Shown in pieces: positions 38,051 to 47,028 of a stretch of 64,000 bases of DNA; the first letter of the stretch is position 1, and each line of letters starts with the position of its first letter. The notes under the pieces were generated by a model, which saw only the letters and a list, made by a program, of their open reading frames with translations, did no database searches and was not told where the DNA came from. Position numbers and translations under genes: made by a program. Source of the DNA: Candidatus Avisuccinivibrio pullicola (lineage in GTDB: Bacteria; Pseudomonadota; Gammaproteobacteria; Enterobacterales; Succinivibrionaceae); the NCBI GenBank assembly GCA_018713485.1, contig DVOQ01000047.1, positions 1,386 through 65,385 on the forward strand, read 5' to 3'.

Positions 38051-38521
38051 TTAGTCTTTTTCCGAGGCATAGGGATCGGCAAAACCGAGGGACATGACCA
38101 CACGGCTTTCCAGACTTTCCATAACGAGTGCCTCGTCATCCTCGATATGATCATAACCTAAAAGATGCAGCGTGCCGTGCACGATAAGATGCGCGAAATG
38201 CTCTTCAACGCTCTTGCCCTGCTCCCCGGCCTCGCGCTTTAAGACCTCCGTGCAGACGATGAGATCGCCTAAAAGCGGCAGCTTCACCTCCGGCGGGCAC
38301 TCAAAGGGGAAGGAGAGGATATTGGTGGGCTTATCCATATGCCGGTAGTCACGGTTAAGCTCACGGATTTCCTGACTGTCCGTCATGCGCACCGTAAGTT
38401 CGGCATCCTCATGATAGTCAGCGCCCTCAAGGGCCGCGGTAACGTAACGCTTTAAGGCCGCGGGTTCGGGAGTGAAGTCCGGATCCTCGTGGGCTAACTG
38501 TAAATCAATACTAAGTTCCAT
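38051..38521 (-). CDS. ybeY: rRNA maturation endoribonuclease YbeY
   Basis: HGTLHLLGYDH zinc-binding motif; 156 aa. Confidence 0.93.
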   Translation of the reverse strand: MELSIDLQLAHEDPDFTPEPAALKRYVTAALEGADYHEDAELTVRMTDSQEIRELNRDYRHMDKPTNILSFPFECPPEVKLPLLGDLIVCTEVLKREAGEQGKSVEEHFAHLIVHGTLHLLGYDHIEDDEALVMESLESRVVMSLGFADPYASEKD

Positions 38522-38535
38522 GGTTATTCTCTGTT

Positions 38536-39747
38536 CTAAGCGTCGGAGCTGTCAGTCTCAGCGGTATGAGCGGCGTCCCCGGGGGAGTCATCCTTCCCCT
38601 TAAGGGGCTCAGGTTCCTTACCGTCCTCACGTCTGTACCCCGTGGGACCGTAGACGGGGCGGGGATCGGCTGAGTAGCGGCGGCGCTCTTCAAGACGCTC
38701 GCGGCGTTTCTGCTCGCGTGCAGCCTCTTCCTGCTCCTCAAAGGCGGCGTAGGCGCTGACGATGGCGGCGACCACGGGGTGACGCACCACGTCCGAGGCG
38801 TCAAGATAGGTGATGGCGATACTCTCAATGCCCTCTAATACCGTGAGAGCGTGCCTAAGTCCCGAGCGCACGTTGTGGGGCAGATCGATCTGACTCGGAT
38901 CACCCGTGATGACGGCGCGGGAGTTAAAACCGATACGGGTCAGAAACATCTTCATCTGCTCGATGGTGGTGTTCTGCGACTCATCGAGGATGATGAAGGA
39001 ATCGTTAAGAGTGCGGCCGCGCATATAGGCTAAGGGAGCGATCTCGATGATCTGGCGCTCGATGAATTTCTGCACCTTCTCAAAACCTAACATCTCATAG
39101 AGAGCGTCATAAAGCGGGCGTAAATAGGGATCGACTTTCTGCGTGAGATCGCCTGGCAGGAAGCCTAACTTTTCACCGGCCTCGATGGCGGGACGGGTAA
39201 GGATGATGCGGCGGATCTCGTTGCGGTTTAAGGCATCCACGGCGGCGGCTACGGCTAAATAGGTTTTACCGGTGCCGGCAGGTCCCACGCCAAAAGTCAC
39301 GTCATGGGAGGCGATGGCCTGCAGGTATTCGCTCTGATGGGCGGTGCGGGCGCGCACCGTGCCGCGGTTGGTGTGCAGCTCGGCGGATTTGGCGTACAGA
39401 CCGTCAAGTTCGCGCGAAAGACGCATCGCGGTCTTGTCCTCGCCCTTTTCCCTGTCAAGGACGTGGCTTTCCACTAAGGCAAGGTGCACCATCTCGGGGG
39501 TGACCTCGCGGGCCTTGCTTTTGCCGGCCGGCGCGGTTTCTAAATACAGCGAGCGCAGCAGGCGTTTGCAGACGGTAAGCGCGTGATCGCTCTCCCCTTC
39601 AAGGTGAAAATGGGCCCCTGAATAAGCGATGGTGAGATTCAGTCTTTCTTCTAACAGTCTCAGGTTCTCATCCTCAGGTCCGATGAGATAGGCCAGCCGG
39701 TTCTTATCCACCGGCTCCAGGAGAAAGTCGAGACTCTTAATCTTCAT
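38536..39747 (-). CDS. ybeZ: PhoH-like ATPase (YbeZ) with a charged C-terminal extension of about 65 aa
   Basis: Walker A GPAGTGKTY, ILDESQNTT, and an overlap with the miaB stop. Confidence 0.9.
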   Translation of the reverse strand: MKIKSLDFLLEPVDKNRLAYLIGPEDENLRLLEERLNLTIAYSGAHFHLEGESDHALTVCKRLLRSLYLETAPAGKSKAREVTPEMVHLALVESHVLDREKGEDKTAMRLSRELDGLYAKSAELHTNRGTVRARTAHQSEYLQAIASHDVTFGVGPAGTGKTYLAVAAAVDALNRNEIRRIILTRPAIEAGEKLGFLPGDLTQKVDPYLRPLYDALYEMLGFEKVQKFIERQIIEIAPLAYMRGRTLNDSFIILDESQNTTIEQMKMFLTRIGFNSRAVITGDPSQIDLPHNVRSGLRHALTVLEGIESIAITYLDASDVVRHPVVAAIVSAYAAFEEQEEAAREQKRRERLEERRRYSADPRPVYGPTGYRREDGKEPEPLKGKDDSPGDAAHTAETDSSDA

Positions 39748-41089
39748 ACACAGCCTCTCCTCTTAAGGTATGCGCGATACTCTCCGTGATCCTGACTTTG
39801 ACCATGGTGCCGATAAGCTCCGGAGAGCCTTCAAAGACCACCACGTGATTGTTGGAGGCGCGGGCCTTCAGTTCGCCTGCGTCCTTGCGTGAGATCCCCT
39901 CCACTAAACAGTGCTGCACGCTGCCCACTAAGGCCTCCGTGCACTCGCGGGCGCTCGTGTCTAAAAGCTCCTGCAGCCGGTAGAGACGCTCTTTCTTGAC
40001 TTCTAAGGGCGTCTCATCGGGCAATGCGGCCGCCGGAGTACCGGGGCGCTTTGAATAGATGAAGGAGAAACTCTGATCAAAGTGCACGCGCCTGACGATA
40101 TCGAGCGTGTCCTCAAAGTCCTGCTCATTCTCCCCCGGAAAGCCCACGATAAAGTCGGAGCTTAACGAGATACCGTCACGGGCGGCGTAGAGTCTGTCAG
40201 TGAGGCGTAAGTAGGCGTCGCGGGTATAGCGGCGGTGCATGAGCTCCAAAATGCGGTTGGAACCTGACTGAATGGGGACATGCACGTGATCGGCGATGAC
40301 CTCCAGGTCACGGATGGCGGTTACGATATCGTCTGTAAAGTCCATGGGATTGGAGGTGGTGAAGCGCAGACGCTCGATCCCGGGCAGCGCGGCCACCTCG
40401 TAGAGCAGGGAGGCAAAGGAGGCGGTTGTGCCGTCCGTGTCCTCTCCGCAGAAGGAATTGACGTTCTGACCTAAAAGGTGAATTTCCCTGGCGCCATGCT
40501 CAAGGCAGTGCCTTGCCTCGGTGAGTATGTCCTTTACGGGACGGGAAATCTCGGGGCCGCGCGTATAGGGCACGATACAGTATGTGCACTTATTGGAGCA
40601 GCCTTCCATGATGGTGACAAAGGAGGACAGAGCGGGCGCGCTCTCAAGGGGCAGGAAGTCGAACTTTTCAAGGCCCTGTGCCTCCACGTCCACAAGATTG
40701 CGTCCTGTGGCCTTAAATTTTTCGATAAGTGCCGGCAGACGGTGGGCGGTACGCGGGCTGAAGACGATGTTCAGGCGCGGGTTTTCCTTAATGAGTGCCT
40801 GACCTAACTCCGCTCCCACGCAGCCTCCGAGGGCGATGAGCGTGTCGTCGCGCACGATCCCTGCGTGCTGCCAGCTTAAAATCTGATTGAAGACCTTATC
40901 CTCGGCCTTGGCGCGCACGGCGCAGGTAATCAGAATGATGACCGAGGCGTTTTCGGGGGAACTTTCCACGTAACCGTGACTTACCATGAGATCGGAAAGG
41001 CGCATGGCATCGTAGACGTTCATCTGACAGCCCCAGTGGGCGATGTGGAAAGTGCCTTTTTGTAAAGTGGGAATAGCTGGTTTAAACAT
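39737..41089 (-). CDS. miaB: tRNA-2-methylthio-N6-dimethylallyladenosine synthase
   Basis: WGCQMNVYD at the N-terminus, radical-SAM CSNKCTYC and a TRAM C-terminus. Confidence 0.93.
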   Translation of the reverse strand: MFKPAIPTLQKGTFHIAHWGCQMNVYDAMRLSDLMVSHGYVESSPENASVIILITCAVRAKAEDKVFNQILSWQHAGIVRDDTLIALGGCVGAELGQALIKENPRLNIVFSPRTAHRLPALIEKFKATGRNLVDVEAQGLEKFDFLPLESAPALSSFVTIMEGCSNKCTYCIVPYTRGPEISRPVKDILTEARHCLEHGAREIHLLGQNVNSFCGEDTDGTTASFASLLYEVAALPGIERLRFTTSNPMDFTDDIVTAIRDLEVIADHVHVPIQSGSNRILELMHRRYTRDAYLRLTDRLYAARDGISLSSDFIVGFPGENEQDFEDTLDIVRRVHFDQSFSFIYSKRPGTPAAALPDETPLEVKKERLYRLQELLDTSARECTEALVGSVQHCLVEGISRKDAGELKARASNNHVVVFEGSPELIGTMVKVRITESIAHTLRGEAVYED

Positions 41090-41106
41090 CGTTTCTATAG
41101 TGAGTC

Positions 41107-41730
41107 TTAGTGCTGATTGACGGGAGTGCCCTCAAGATAGCTTAAATTGAGACACTCCCGGAAAAGGACGATTAACGGCCGGTCATCGCCTTTAAAGGAC
41201 GCCACGCTGGCCTCGAACATGGCCTCGGGCGGTACCTTGGTGAAATCGAGGTTCAGTCCGCGCTTGACTAAAAGCAGCTCGCGCATGAACTCGCGCTGTG
41301 CCCGCCCGTTGCCGTCGCGGAAAGGATGCAGGGCATTGATTTCGCCTAAATAATAAGCGCAGCGCAGGGCCAGTTCATGCAGCGGGGTGTCGGCAAGATA
41401 GCCTTCTTCCTTAAGTTCCCGGAAAATGCGTTTGGCCTCGTCCTCGATATAGGCGTAATGACAGAAAAACAGGCCTTTGGCGATATCCACCGTCCGTACC
41501 TCGCCTGCGAAGGGATAGATATCCTGGAAAAGGTGGGCGTGGATGGCCTTGAGGTGGGCAAAATCAAAACGCCCCTTCAGGGGTTTGCGGTAGAGATCGA
41601 CAAGCCTTGCGCCGCTTAACACTCTTTCTAACTGGCGGAGTCTTTCTGCGTCGCGGACATTGAAATGATTGATAAGCACGTCGCTTCTGGGATAGCAGTA
41701 GCGATCATCGTGCTCGGACAGATCGGGCAT
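41107..41730 (-). CDS. fic: Fic-domain protein (class I Fic toxin, E. coli Fic-like)
   Basis: Canonical Fic motif HPFRDGNGRAQREF, with overall collinearity to E. coli Fic (FCHYAYIEDEA, EEGYL). Confidence 0.88.
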   Translation of the reverse strand: MPDLSEHDDRYCYPRSDVLINHFNVRDAERLRQLERVLSGARLVDLYRKPLKGRFDFAHLKAIHAHLFQDIYPFAGEVRTVDIAKGLFFCHYAYIEDEAKRIFRELKEEGYLADTPLHELALRCAYYLGEINALHPFRDGNGRAQREFMRELLLVKRGLNLDFTKVPPEAMFEASVASFKGDDRPLIVLFRECLNLSYLEGTPVNQH

Positions 41731-41736
41731 TGAGGT

Positions 41737-41943
41737 TCAGGCGGCCTGCTGCGCGGGGGATGTGGCCAGCACGCGCTTTAACACCTGCTCAAAACTGAGC
41801 TCTCCGGCAGCATAGGCGGTGAGGAGCTCCAGTTCAGAGGAACTCAGCGTCAGCTTTTCCATGGCTAAGGTGGCCTGTACCTGAGAGAGCAGCGGCATGG
41901 GATTTACCATACGGGGTGCAACAAAATTTTCCAGATTTTCCAT
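41737..41943 (-). CDS. Putative Fic antitoxin (VbhA/YhfG-like small protein)
   Basis: A 68-aa ORF 6 nt upstream of fic. It contains TLAMEK, which resembles the inhibitory (S/T)xxxE(G/N) motif but has K at the last position. Confidence 0.6.
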   Translation of the reverse strand: MENLENFVAPRMVNPMPLLSQVQATLAMEKLTLSSSELELLTAYAAGELSFEQVLKRVLATSPAQQAA

Positions 41944-42144
41944 GGGCTAAATTGTACTCTGAAAAGACGATTTTTTCAAGGCAGATCACATTTTTAGACA
42001 AAGTGTAAGAGGGTGTGCATGGCCTAAAAAATCTCCGTGGATGGCAGTTAAGTGGGGGCTTTCTATGTCTTTCCTAAGTCTTGACGGCTATGCTTAGGAA
42101 AAAGACTCAGAACTGCCGTTTATAAGTGCCTTAAGAGGTGAGCC

Positions 42145-42531
42145 ATGTTGAAAAAGACTCTATCCGTATGCGCCCTGATGCTGGCTGTGACACTCTCCGG
42201 CACTGCCCTTGCCGGAGATCATCACCGCAATGGACCCGGCGGCTTTGGTTTTGGCAGCTACCATCATCAGGGAGTCAACTGCGTCAATGACGTGCACCGC
42301 TACTGCGGCGACGATGATTACGTGCTCTTAAGAGGCAGCCTTACCCGCTATTTCGGGGATGATGACTACGAGTTTACCGATGAGCGCGGTGACACCATTG
42401 CCGTGGAACTGGACGATGATGAGAACTGGTCGCATATCTCCAAGGATCAGCTGATTGAGATTTATGGCGAGGTCGAGCGGGATGATTTCCGTGTCAAGCT
42501 GGAGGTCAAGTCCGCCCGCCCCGTGCGTTAG
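42145..42531 (+). CDS. YgiW/YdeI-family periplasmic OB-fold (BOF) stress protein
   Basis: Signal peptide, then VLLRGSLTRYFGDDDYEFTDERGDTIAVELDDD..IEIYGEVERD, collinear with E. coli YgiW. Confidence 0.75.
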   Translation: MLKKTLSVCALMLAVTLSGTALAGDHHRNGPGGFGFGSYHHQGVNCVNDVHRYCGDDDYVLLRGSLTRYFGDDDYEFTDERGDTIAVELDDDENWSHISKDQLIEIYGEVERDDFRVKLEVKSARPVR

Positions 42532-42552
42532 GATCCCTTTCTTAACCTCAGC

Positions 42553-42574
42553 TGAGGGCCGCCCGCGGCCCTCA
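42553..42574. terminator. Bidirectional terminator hairpin between convergent genes
   Basis: TGAGGGCCG-CCCG-CGGCCCTCA, a perfect 9-bp stem. Confidence 0.5.
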
Positions 42575-42600
42575 TCCTTTACCTGATGCCTGACTCTCTT

Positions 42601-42921
42601 CTAGAACGACCACACCGAACCTACCCCCACGTTGCCCGCCCCGCCGTTATTGTTCATCATGGGGATCACGCCGCGGTGGCGCACCTGACTGTCAGGGCGC
42701 TCTGAGGGCGTGCCCGATGGCAGATCGAGCGGGGAGATCTGCGCTTCAGGGCGCGGGGTGGGGGCCTGGCGCGGCGCTGGGGTGGAACGGCCCTCCTTCA
42801 CGGGGGTGCTCTCCGGCACGGCCTCAGTTACGGGATCAGCTGCCGGAGGCATCTTTTCGGGAGGCGCCGCGGTGCAGGCGCTTAACAGCGCCAGCGCGGC
42901 AATGGTCAGCAGGGGGCGCAT
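42601..42921 (-). CDS. Pro-rich small lipoprotein
   Basis: Lipobox LLSAC after a signal peptide; low-complexity P/A/T-rich body. Confidence 0.6.
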   Translation of the reverse strand: MRPLLTIAALALLSACTAAPPEKMPPAADPVTEAVPESTPVKEGRSTPAPRQAPTPRPEAQISPLDLPSGTPSERPDSQVRHRGVIPMMNNNGGAGNVGVGSVWSF

Positions 42922-42934
42922 CGTTCCTTTTTCC

Positions 42935-43057
42935 TTAGCCTATGACGTTTTCGAGGGCGGCAGAGCCGCAGTGAAAATTGCCGTGTCCGTGATGACAGCC
43001 CACAGTAAGGGTAAGACTGAGCGCGGAGAGAAAACCTAAAAGCAGCAGCGTGCGCAT
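42935..43057 (-). CDS. Unannotated 40-aa lipoprotein-like ORF with a His/Cys cluster
   Basis: ATG at 43055-43057 preceded by CAGGAGG. The translation is MRTLLLLGFLSALSLTLTVGCHHGHGNFHCGSAALENVIG (lipobox LTVGC). The stop lies 13 nt before the next lipoprotein gene. It falls below the ORF-track length cut-off. Confidence 0.45.
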   Translation of the reverse strand: MRTLLLLGFLSALSLTLTVGCHHGHGNFHCGSAALENVIG

Positions 43058-43257
43058 GGGGCCTCCTGAAGATAGGGTTTAGCATTATTGTACTCAAAAG
43101 TGCCGCGGACGTTGCACACCTAAAGTCCCCGGGCCTTCACGGATACGTGGCGTGCAGTCAGGGAGTGCCCTATGTGCAGGTCTTACCCCTAAAAGGGGTA
43201 AAAACTTCCTGAGGCAGGATCTGTAAACGGCTTCCTTAAAAAATCTGTAAATTTTTG

Positions 43258-43285
43258 TTGACAGGCTCAAAGTTTCCTGTAAAAT
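43258..43285 (+). promoter_or_regulatory. Sigma70 promoter of the tRNA operon
   Basis: TTGACA (43258-43263), a 16-nt spacer and TAAAAT (43280-43285). A GC-rich discriminator GCGCTCC follows and an A/T-rich UP-like tract lies upstream. Confidence 0.6.
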
Positions 43286-43320
43286 GCGCTCCGTTGTTTA
43301 GGCAACCACTCCTTAGTAAA

Positions 43321-43395
43321 AGGGGTATAGCCAAGTGGTAAGGCAACGGGTTTTGATCCCGTCATACCCTGGTTCGATCCCAGGTACCCCTGCCA
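43321..43395 (+). tRNA. tRNA-Gln (anticodon UUG)
   Basis: Cloverleaf collinear with E. coli tRNA-Gln. The acceptor is AGGGGTA/TACCCCT, the anticodon loop is TTTTGAT, and CCA is encoded. Confidence 0.9.
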
Positions 43396-43408
43396 CTAAG
43401 CGATGTCT

Positions 43409-43484
43409 TGGGGTATAGCCAAGCGGTAAGGCAGCGGATTCTGATTCCGCCATTTCCAAGGTTCGAATCCTTGTACCCCAGCCA
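43409..43484 (+). tRNA. tRNA-Gln (anticodon CUG)
   Basis: Acceptor TGGGGTA/TACCCCA, anticodon loop TTCTGAT, and CCA encoded. Confidence 0.9.
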
Positions 43485-43507
43485 TAAGGTTTTCTGAACA
43501 ATAGCGT

Positions 43508-43584
43508 GGCTATGTAGCTCAGTCGGTTAGAGCGCGGCACTCATAATGCTGAGGTCACTGGTTCGATTCCAGTCATAGCTACCA
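43508..43584 (+). tRNA. tRNA-Met (CAU), elongator type
   Basis: GGCTATGTAGCTCAGTCGGTTAGAGC... with anticodon loop CTCATAA; collinear with the E. coli elongator tRNA-Met. Confidence 0.88.
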
Positions 43585-43596
43585 GCTCTCTTCTCT

Positions 43597-43672
43597 TGGG
43601 GTATAGCCAAGCGGTAAGGCAGCGGATTCTGATTCCGCCATTTCCAAGGTTCGAATCCTTGTACCCCAGCCA
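43597..43672 (+). tRNA. tRNA-Gln (anticodon CUG), second copy
   Basis: Sequence identical to 43409-43484 as read. Confidence 0.9.
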
Positions 43673-43688
43673 ATCCTTTTTATGATGT

Positions 43689-43765
43689 GGCTATGTAGCT
43701 CAGTCGGTTAGAGCGCGGCACTCATAATGCTGAGGTCACTGGTTCGATTCCAGTCATAGCTACCA
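43689..43765 (+). tRNA. tRNA-Met (CAU), second copy
   Basis: Sequence identical to 43508-43584 as read. Confidence 0.88.
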
Positions 43766-44181
43766 CGCACCGTTTTCTCCGCAGTAAAGGTGACTTCCCC
43801 CTACGCCGTCAGCGTCTTAAAAGTAAAACCACAGCGCGCAGGAATTTTGACTGACATTTTGTCTGCCTCTGTTAAAAAATCCGCAAAACCTGCAACAGCT
43901 ATCGCAAAAAGGGAATTAAAAAGTGGCGGCTTTCCCGTATTTAGGGCACATTAGGGCAGAACCCCGGGCAGCATGCCCCTGAAAAACGCTTTTTTTTCAG
44001 CGCGTAAACGCGCTGCAGACCCTGCGTGCAGGGACTGCTTCTCCGCAACACCCGTAAACGGTTGCGTAAATTAGACCGGCTTTGGGACCTAAACCTTAAA
44101 GAAAGACTTTTTAAGGTGCTTTCTTATTGAAATTTAATAGTATTTTTGTAAAAGACGCTTTAGAGAGCATGGCCTGCGGTT

Positions 44182-44197
44182 TGTGATGAAGTTCAAA
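44182..44197. promoter_or_regulatory. CRP-like site TGTGA-TGAAGT-TCAAA
   Basis: Matches TGTGA-N6-TCACA at 9 of 10 core positions, about 160 nt upstream of ytfQ. Confidence 0.3.
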
Positions 44198-44293
44198 GAT
44201 TTACGGGGCGCAGGGCTTATTTTTTCTAGCTTCGTCACAATTTTAATGCTTAGTGCTTTTATCGACACGGCGGGTGCGCTTTAATAGCCTTAA

Positions 44294-44307
44294 CGCAAAC
44301 GTTTGTA
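44294..44307. promoter_or_regulatory. LacI-type operator-like site CGCAAACGTTTGTA
   Basis: Same AAACGTTT core as the arabinose-operon sites, 47 nt upstream of the ytfQ ATG. Confidence 0.35.
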
Positions 44308-44353
44308 ACGCTTTTGCTAGTTTCTTAAGGTAGGTAAAGGTAAGGAGTAGATA

Positions 44354-45343
44354 ATGAGAGTTTCTAAGACCTTGATTGCTGTTGGTTTAGGTGCCGCAAT
44401 TGCCGCCACTTCTTTTGCTCAGGCTGCAGACAAGGTGACCATCGGCTTCTCGCAGATTGGTGCTGAGTCCGAGTGGCGTACCGCCAACACCAATGACGTC
44501 AAGGCTGCCGCCGAGGCTTTAGGCATTGACCTGAAGTTCTCCGATGCTCAGCAGAAGCAGGAGAATCAGATTAAGGCCATTCGTACCTTCATCGCCCAGA
44601 AGGTTGACTTAATCGGCTTCGTGCCGATCGTCGAGACCGGCTGGGACAACATCCTGCGTGAGGCCAAGAGAGCCGGTATTCCGGTGATGATCATGGACCG
44701 TGATCTGAAGGTCTCCGACGACTCTCTGTATGTCGCCAAGATCGGCACCGACTCCGTTGCCGAAGGCCGCAAGCAGTTTGCCTGGATGGACGAGTACATC
44801 ACCAAGATTGACCGTAAGCCCCGTAACGGCGGTGACAAGATCAACGTCGTGATCCTTGAGGGCACTGTGGGCGCTTCCGCTGCTGTGGGCCGTTCCAAGG
44901 GCTTCAACGAGGCTCTCGAGGCTTCTCCTAACAAGGACAGATACAACATCCTCGCTTCCCAGACCGGTGACTTCACCCGTGCTAAGGGCAAGGAAGTTAT
45001 GGAGTCCTTCTTAAAGTCCTACGGCAATGACATCGACGTGCTGATTTCCCAGAACGACGATATGGCCTTAGGTGCCATTCAGGCTATCGAGGCTGCCGGC
45101 CTCAAGCCCGCTCAGGACATCATCATCATCGGTGCTGACGCTGTGAAGGGCATGTTCCAGGCCATGATCGACGGTAAGGCCAACGCCACCATCGAGTGCA
45201 ACCCGCTGCAGGGCAAGCTCTTCTTCGAGACCGCTTTAAAGATCATCAACGGTGGCCAGCCGGATCAGAAGGTGGTGTACGTGGATGAGGGCGTGTTCTC
45301 AGCTGAGGATGCCGCCGAGGTGTTCCCGACCCGCAAGTACTAA
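44354..45343 (+). CDS. ytfQ: Furanose-binding periplasmic protein YtfQ
   Basis: Long collinear matches to E. coli YtfQ: GFSQ.G.ES.WR, QQKQENQIKA.R.F, EGTVGAS, QTGDFTRAKGKEVMESF. Confidence 0.9.
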   Translation: MRVSKTLIAVGLGAAIAATSFAQAADKVTIGFSQIGAESEWRTANTNDVKAAAEALGIDLKFSDAQQKQENQIKAIRTFIAQKVDLIGFVPIVETGWDNILREAKRAGIPVMIMDRDLKVSDDSLYVAKIGTDSVAEGRKQFAWMDEYITKIDRKPRNGGDKINVVILEGTVGASAAVGRSKGFNEALEASPNKDRYNILASQTGDFTRAKGKEVMESFLKSYGNDIDVLISQNDDMALGAIQAIEAAGLKPAQDIIIIGADAVKGMFQAMIDGKANATIECNPLQGKLFFETALKIINGGQPDQKVVYVDEGVFSAEDAAEVFPTRKY

Positions 45344-45417
45344 TCAGTAACGTATCCCTCACGGAACCTAAAAGAGGGACTGATGATTGAGGGGGTGCCG
45401 TAAGGCACCCTGAAAAG

Positions 45418-45451
45418 GCCACCGCGCATAAGGATACAAGGTGGCTTTTTT
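45418..45451 (+). terminator. Intercistronic terminator or attenuator after ytfQ
   Basis: GCCACC...GGTGGC stem followed by TTTTTT. A second hairpin GGGTGCC-GTAA-GGCACCC lies just upstream. Confidence 0.5.
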
Positions 45452-45495
45452 ATTCCCGCGCGGGAAGCTCAGATACCTAGACTTAGGGAGATCAC

Positions 45496-47028
45496 ATGGA
45501 TAACACTGAGAGTGATTTAATCCTGGAGATGAAGAACATCGACATGTTCTTCCCCGGGGTCAAAGCCCTCAAGGATGTGACTTTTAACCTCAAAAAAGGT
45601 GAAATCCATTCGCTGATGGGTGAAAACGGCGCAGGTAAGTCCACTTTGGTAAAAGTGCTGACCGGCGTGTATCAGAAAACTAACGGCACGATTAAGTACG
45701 ACGGTAACATCATTGAGCCTAAGACTCCGCTTGAGAGTCAGCAGATGGGTATTTCCACCGTGTACCAGGAGGTTAACCTCTGCGCTAACCTGACTGTGGC
45801 CGAAAACATCTACATCGGACGCGAGCCGCGTGGCAAGTGGCATCAGATTGACTGGATGACCATGAACCGTAACGCCCGTGAACTCTTAAACCGCGAACTG
45901 GGCCTCGATATTGACGTCACCAAGGTGCTCAATTATTACCCCGTCGCCATGCAGCAGATGATCGCTATTGCCCGTGCCATCGACACGCAGTGCAAGATCC
46001 TGATCCTTGACGAGCCTACTTCCTCCCTCTCGGACCGTGAGGTGGAGAGACTGTTTGCCATTATGCGCAAGCTCAAGGAGCAGGGGATCGCCATCATCTT
46101 CATTTCCCACTTCCTCGAGCAGATTTACACCATCTGTGACAGAGTTACCATCCTGCGTGACGGTACGTATGTGGGTGCCTATGATTTAAAGGATCTGCCG
46201 CGCATTCAGCTCATCTCCAAGATGATGGGTAAGGAAATCCGCGAGGATGCCATCGAGACCAACGTCGATAAGTCAGTGCCTAAGGATGAGTTCGTGGTGG
46301 AAACCGAGAACGTCACGGTGCCGGGCAAGGTCAAGGATCTCTCCATGAACATTAAGAAAGGCGAGGTCGTGGGCTTTGGTGGCCTCCTTGGTTCGGGACG
46401 CACCGAGATTGCCGAGATGCTGTTTGGCATCACGCAGAAGACCGAGGGTACCATCAAGGTCGATGGCGTCGAGGTCACCGTGAAGACCCCCATGGATCAG
46501 ATGAAAAACCGCATCGCCTTCTGCCCTGAGGACCGTAAGGTTGCGGGTATCATCGGCGATCTGTCGGTGCGCGAGAACATCATTCTCGCCATGCAGGCCA
46601 AGGACGGTATGTTCAAGCACATGCCGCGCGCCAGGCAGAACGAGCTTGCCGACTACTATATCGATCTGCTGCGCATCAAGGTTTCGGATCGCGAACAGCT
46701 CATCAAGAACCTTTCGGGCGGCAATCAGCAGAAGGTGATTATCGCCCGCTGGCTCGCCACGGAACCGAATCTGCTCATCCTCGATGAGCCGACCCGCGGT
46801 ATTGACGTGGGCACCAAGACCGAAATTGAGGGTCTTGCCGTACAGCTGGCCAAGGAAAAGGGTATGTCAGTGGTCTTCATCTCAGGTGAGATGGCGGAAA
46901 TGGTGCGTACCTGCTCGCGCGTGTTCGTCATCCGTGACCATGAGAAGATCACCGAGTTAAACGGTGATGAGATTTCCACTGCGCACATCATGCAGGCCAT
47001 TGCGGGAGATTACCATGGACATGCTTAA
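45496..47028 (+). CDS. ytfR: Galactofuranose/arabinofuranose ABC transporter ATP-binding protein
   Basis: Tandem NBDs, Walker A GENGAGKST and signature LSGGNQQK. Confidence 0.9.
   Translation: MDNTESDLILEMKNIDMFFPGVKALKDVTFNLKKGEIHSLMGENGAGKSTLVKVLTGVYQKTNGTIKYDGNIIEPKTPLESQQMGISTVYQEVNLCANLTVAENIYIGREPRGKWHQIDWMTMNRNARELLNRELGLDIDVTKVLNYYPVAMQQMIAIARAIDTQCKILILDEPTSSLSDREVERLFAIMRKLKEQGIAIIFISHFLEQIYTICDRVTILRDGTYVGAYDLKDLPRIQLISKMMGKEIREDAIETNVDKSVPKDEFVVETENVTVPGKVKDLSMNIKKGEVVGFGGLLGSGRTEIAEMLFGITQKTEGTIKVDGVEVTVKTPMDQMKNRIAFCPEDRKVAGIIGDLSVRENIILAMQAKDGMFKHMPRARQNELADYYIDLLRIKVSDREQLIKNLSGGNQQKVIIARWLATEPNLLILDEPTRGIDVGTKTEIEGLAVQLAKEKGMSVVFISGEMAEMVRTCSRVFVIRDHEKITELNGDEISTAHIMQAIAGDYHGHA

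Noticed and set aside
43313-43540. 75-aa minus-strand ORF
   Set aside because: It is the reverse complement of three tRNA genes and is not protein-coding.
43400-43770. Regularly spaced repeats that might suggest a CRISPR-like array
   Set aside because: The repeats are complete tRNA genes (76-77 nt) with cloverleaf structure. No short palindromic repeat/spacer organisation exists anywhere in the window.
46964-47014. Track start for the ytfT ORF at 46964
   Set aside because: The first 17 codons lie inside ytfR in another frame and encode non-membrane sequence. ATG 47015 (MDMLKKF) gives a normal short overlap with ytfR.
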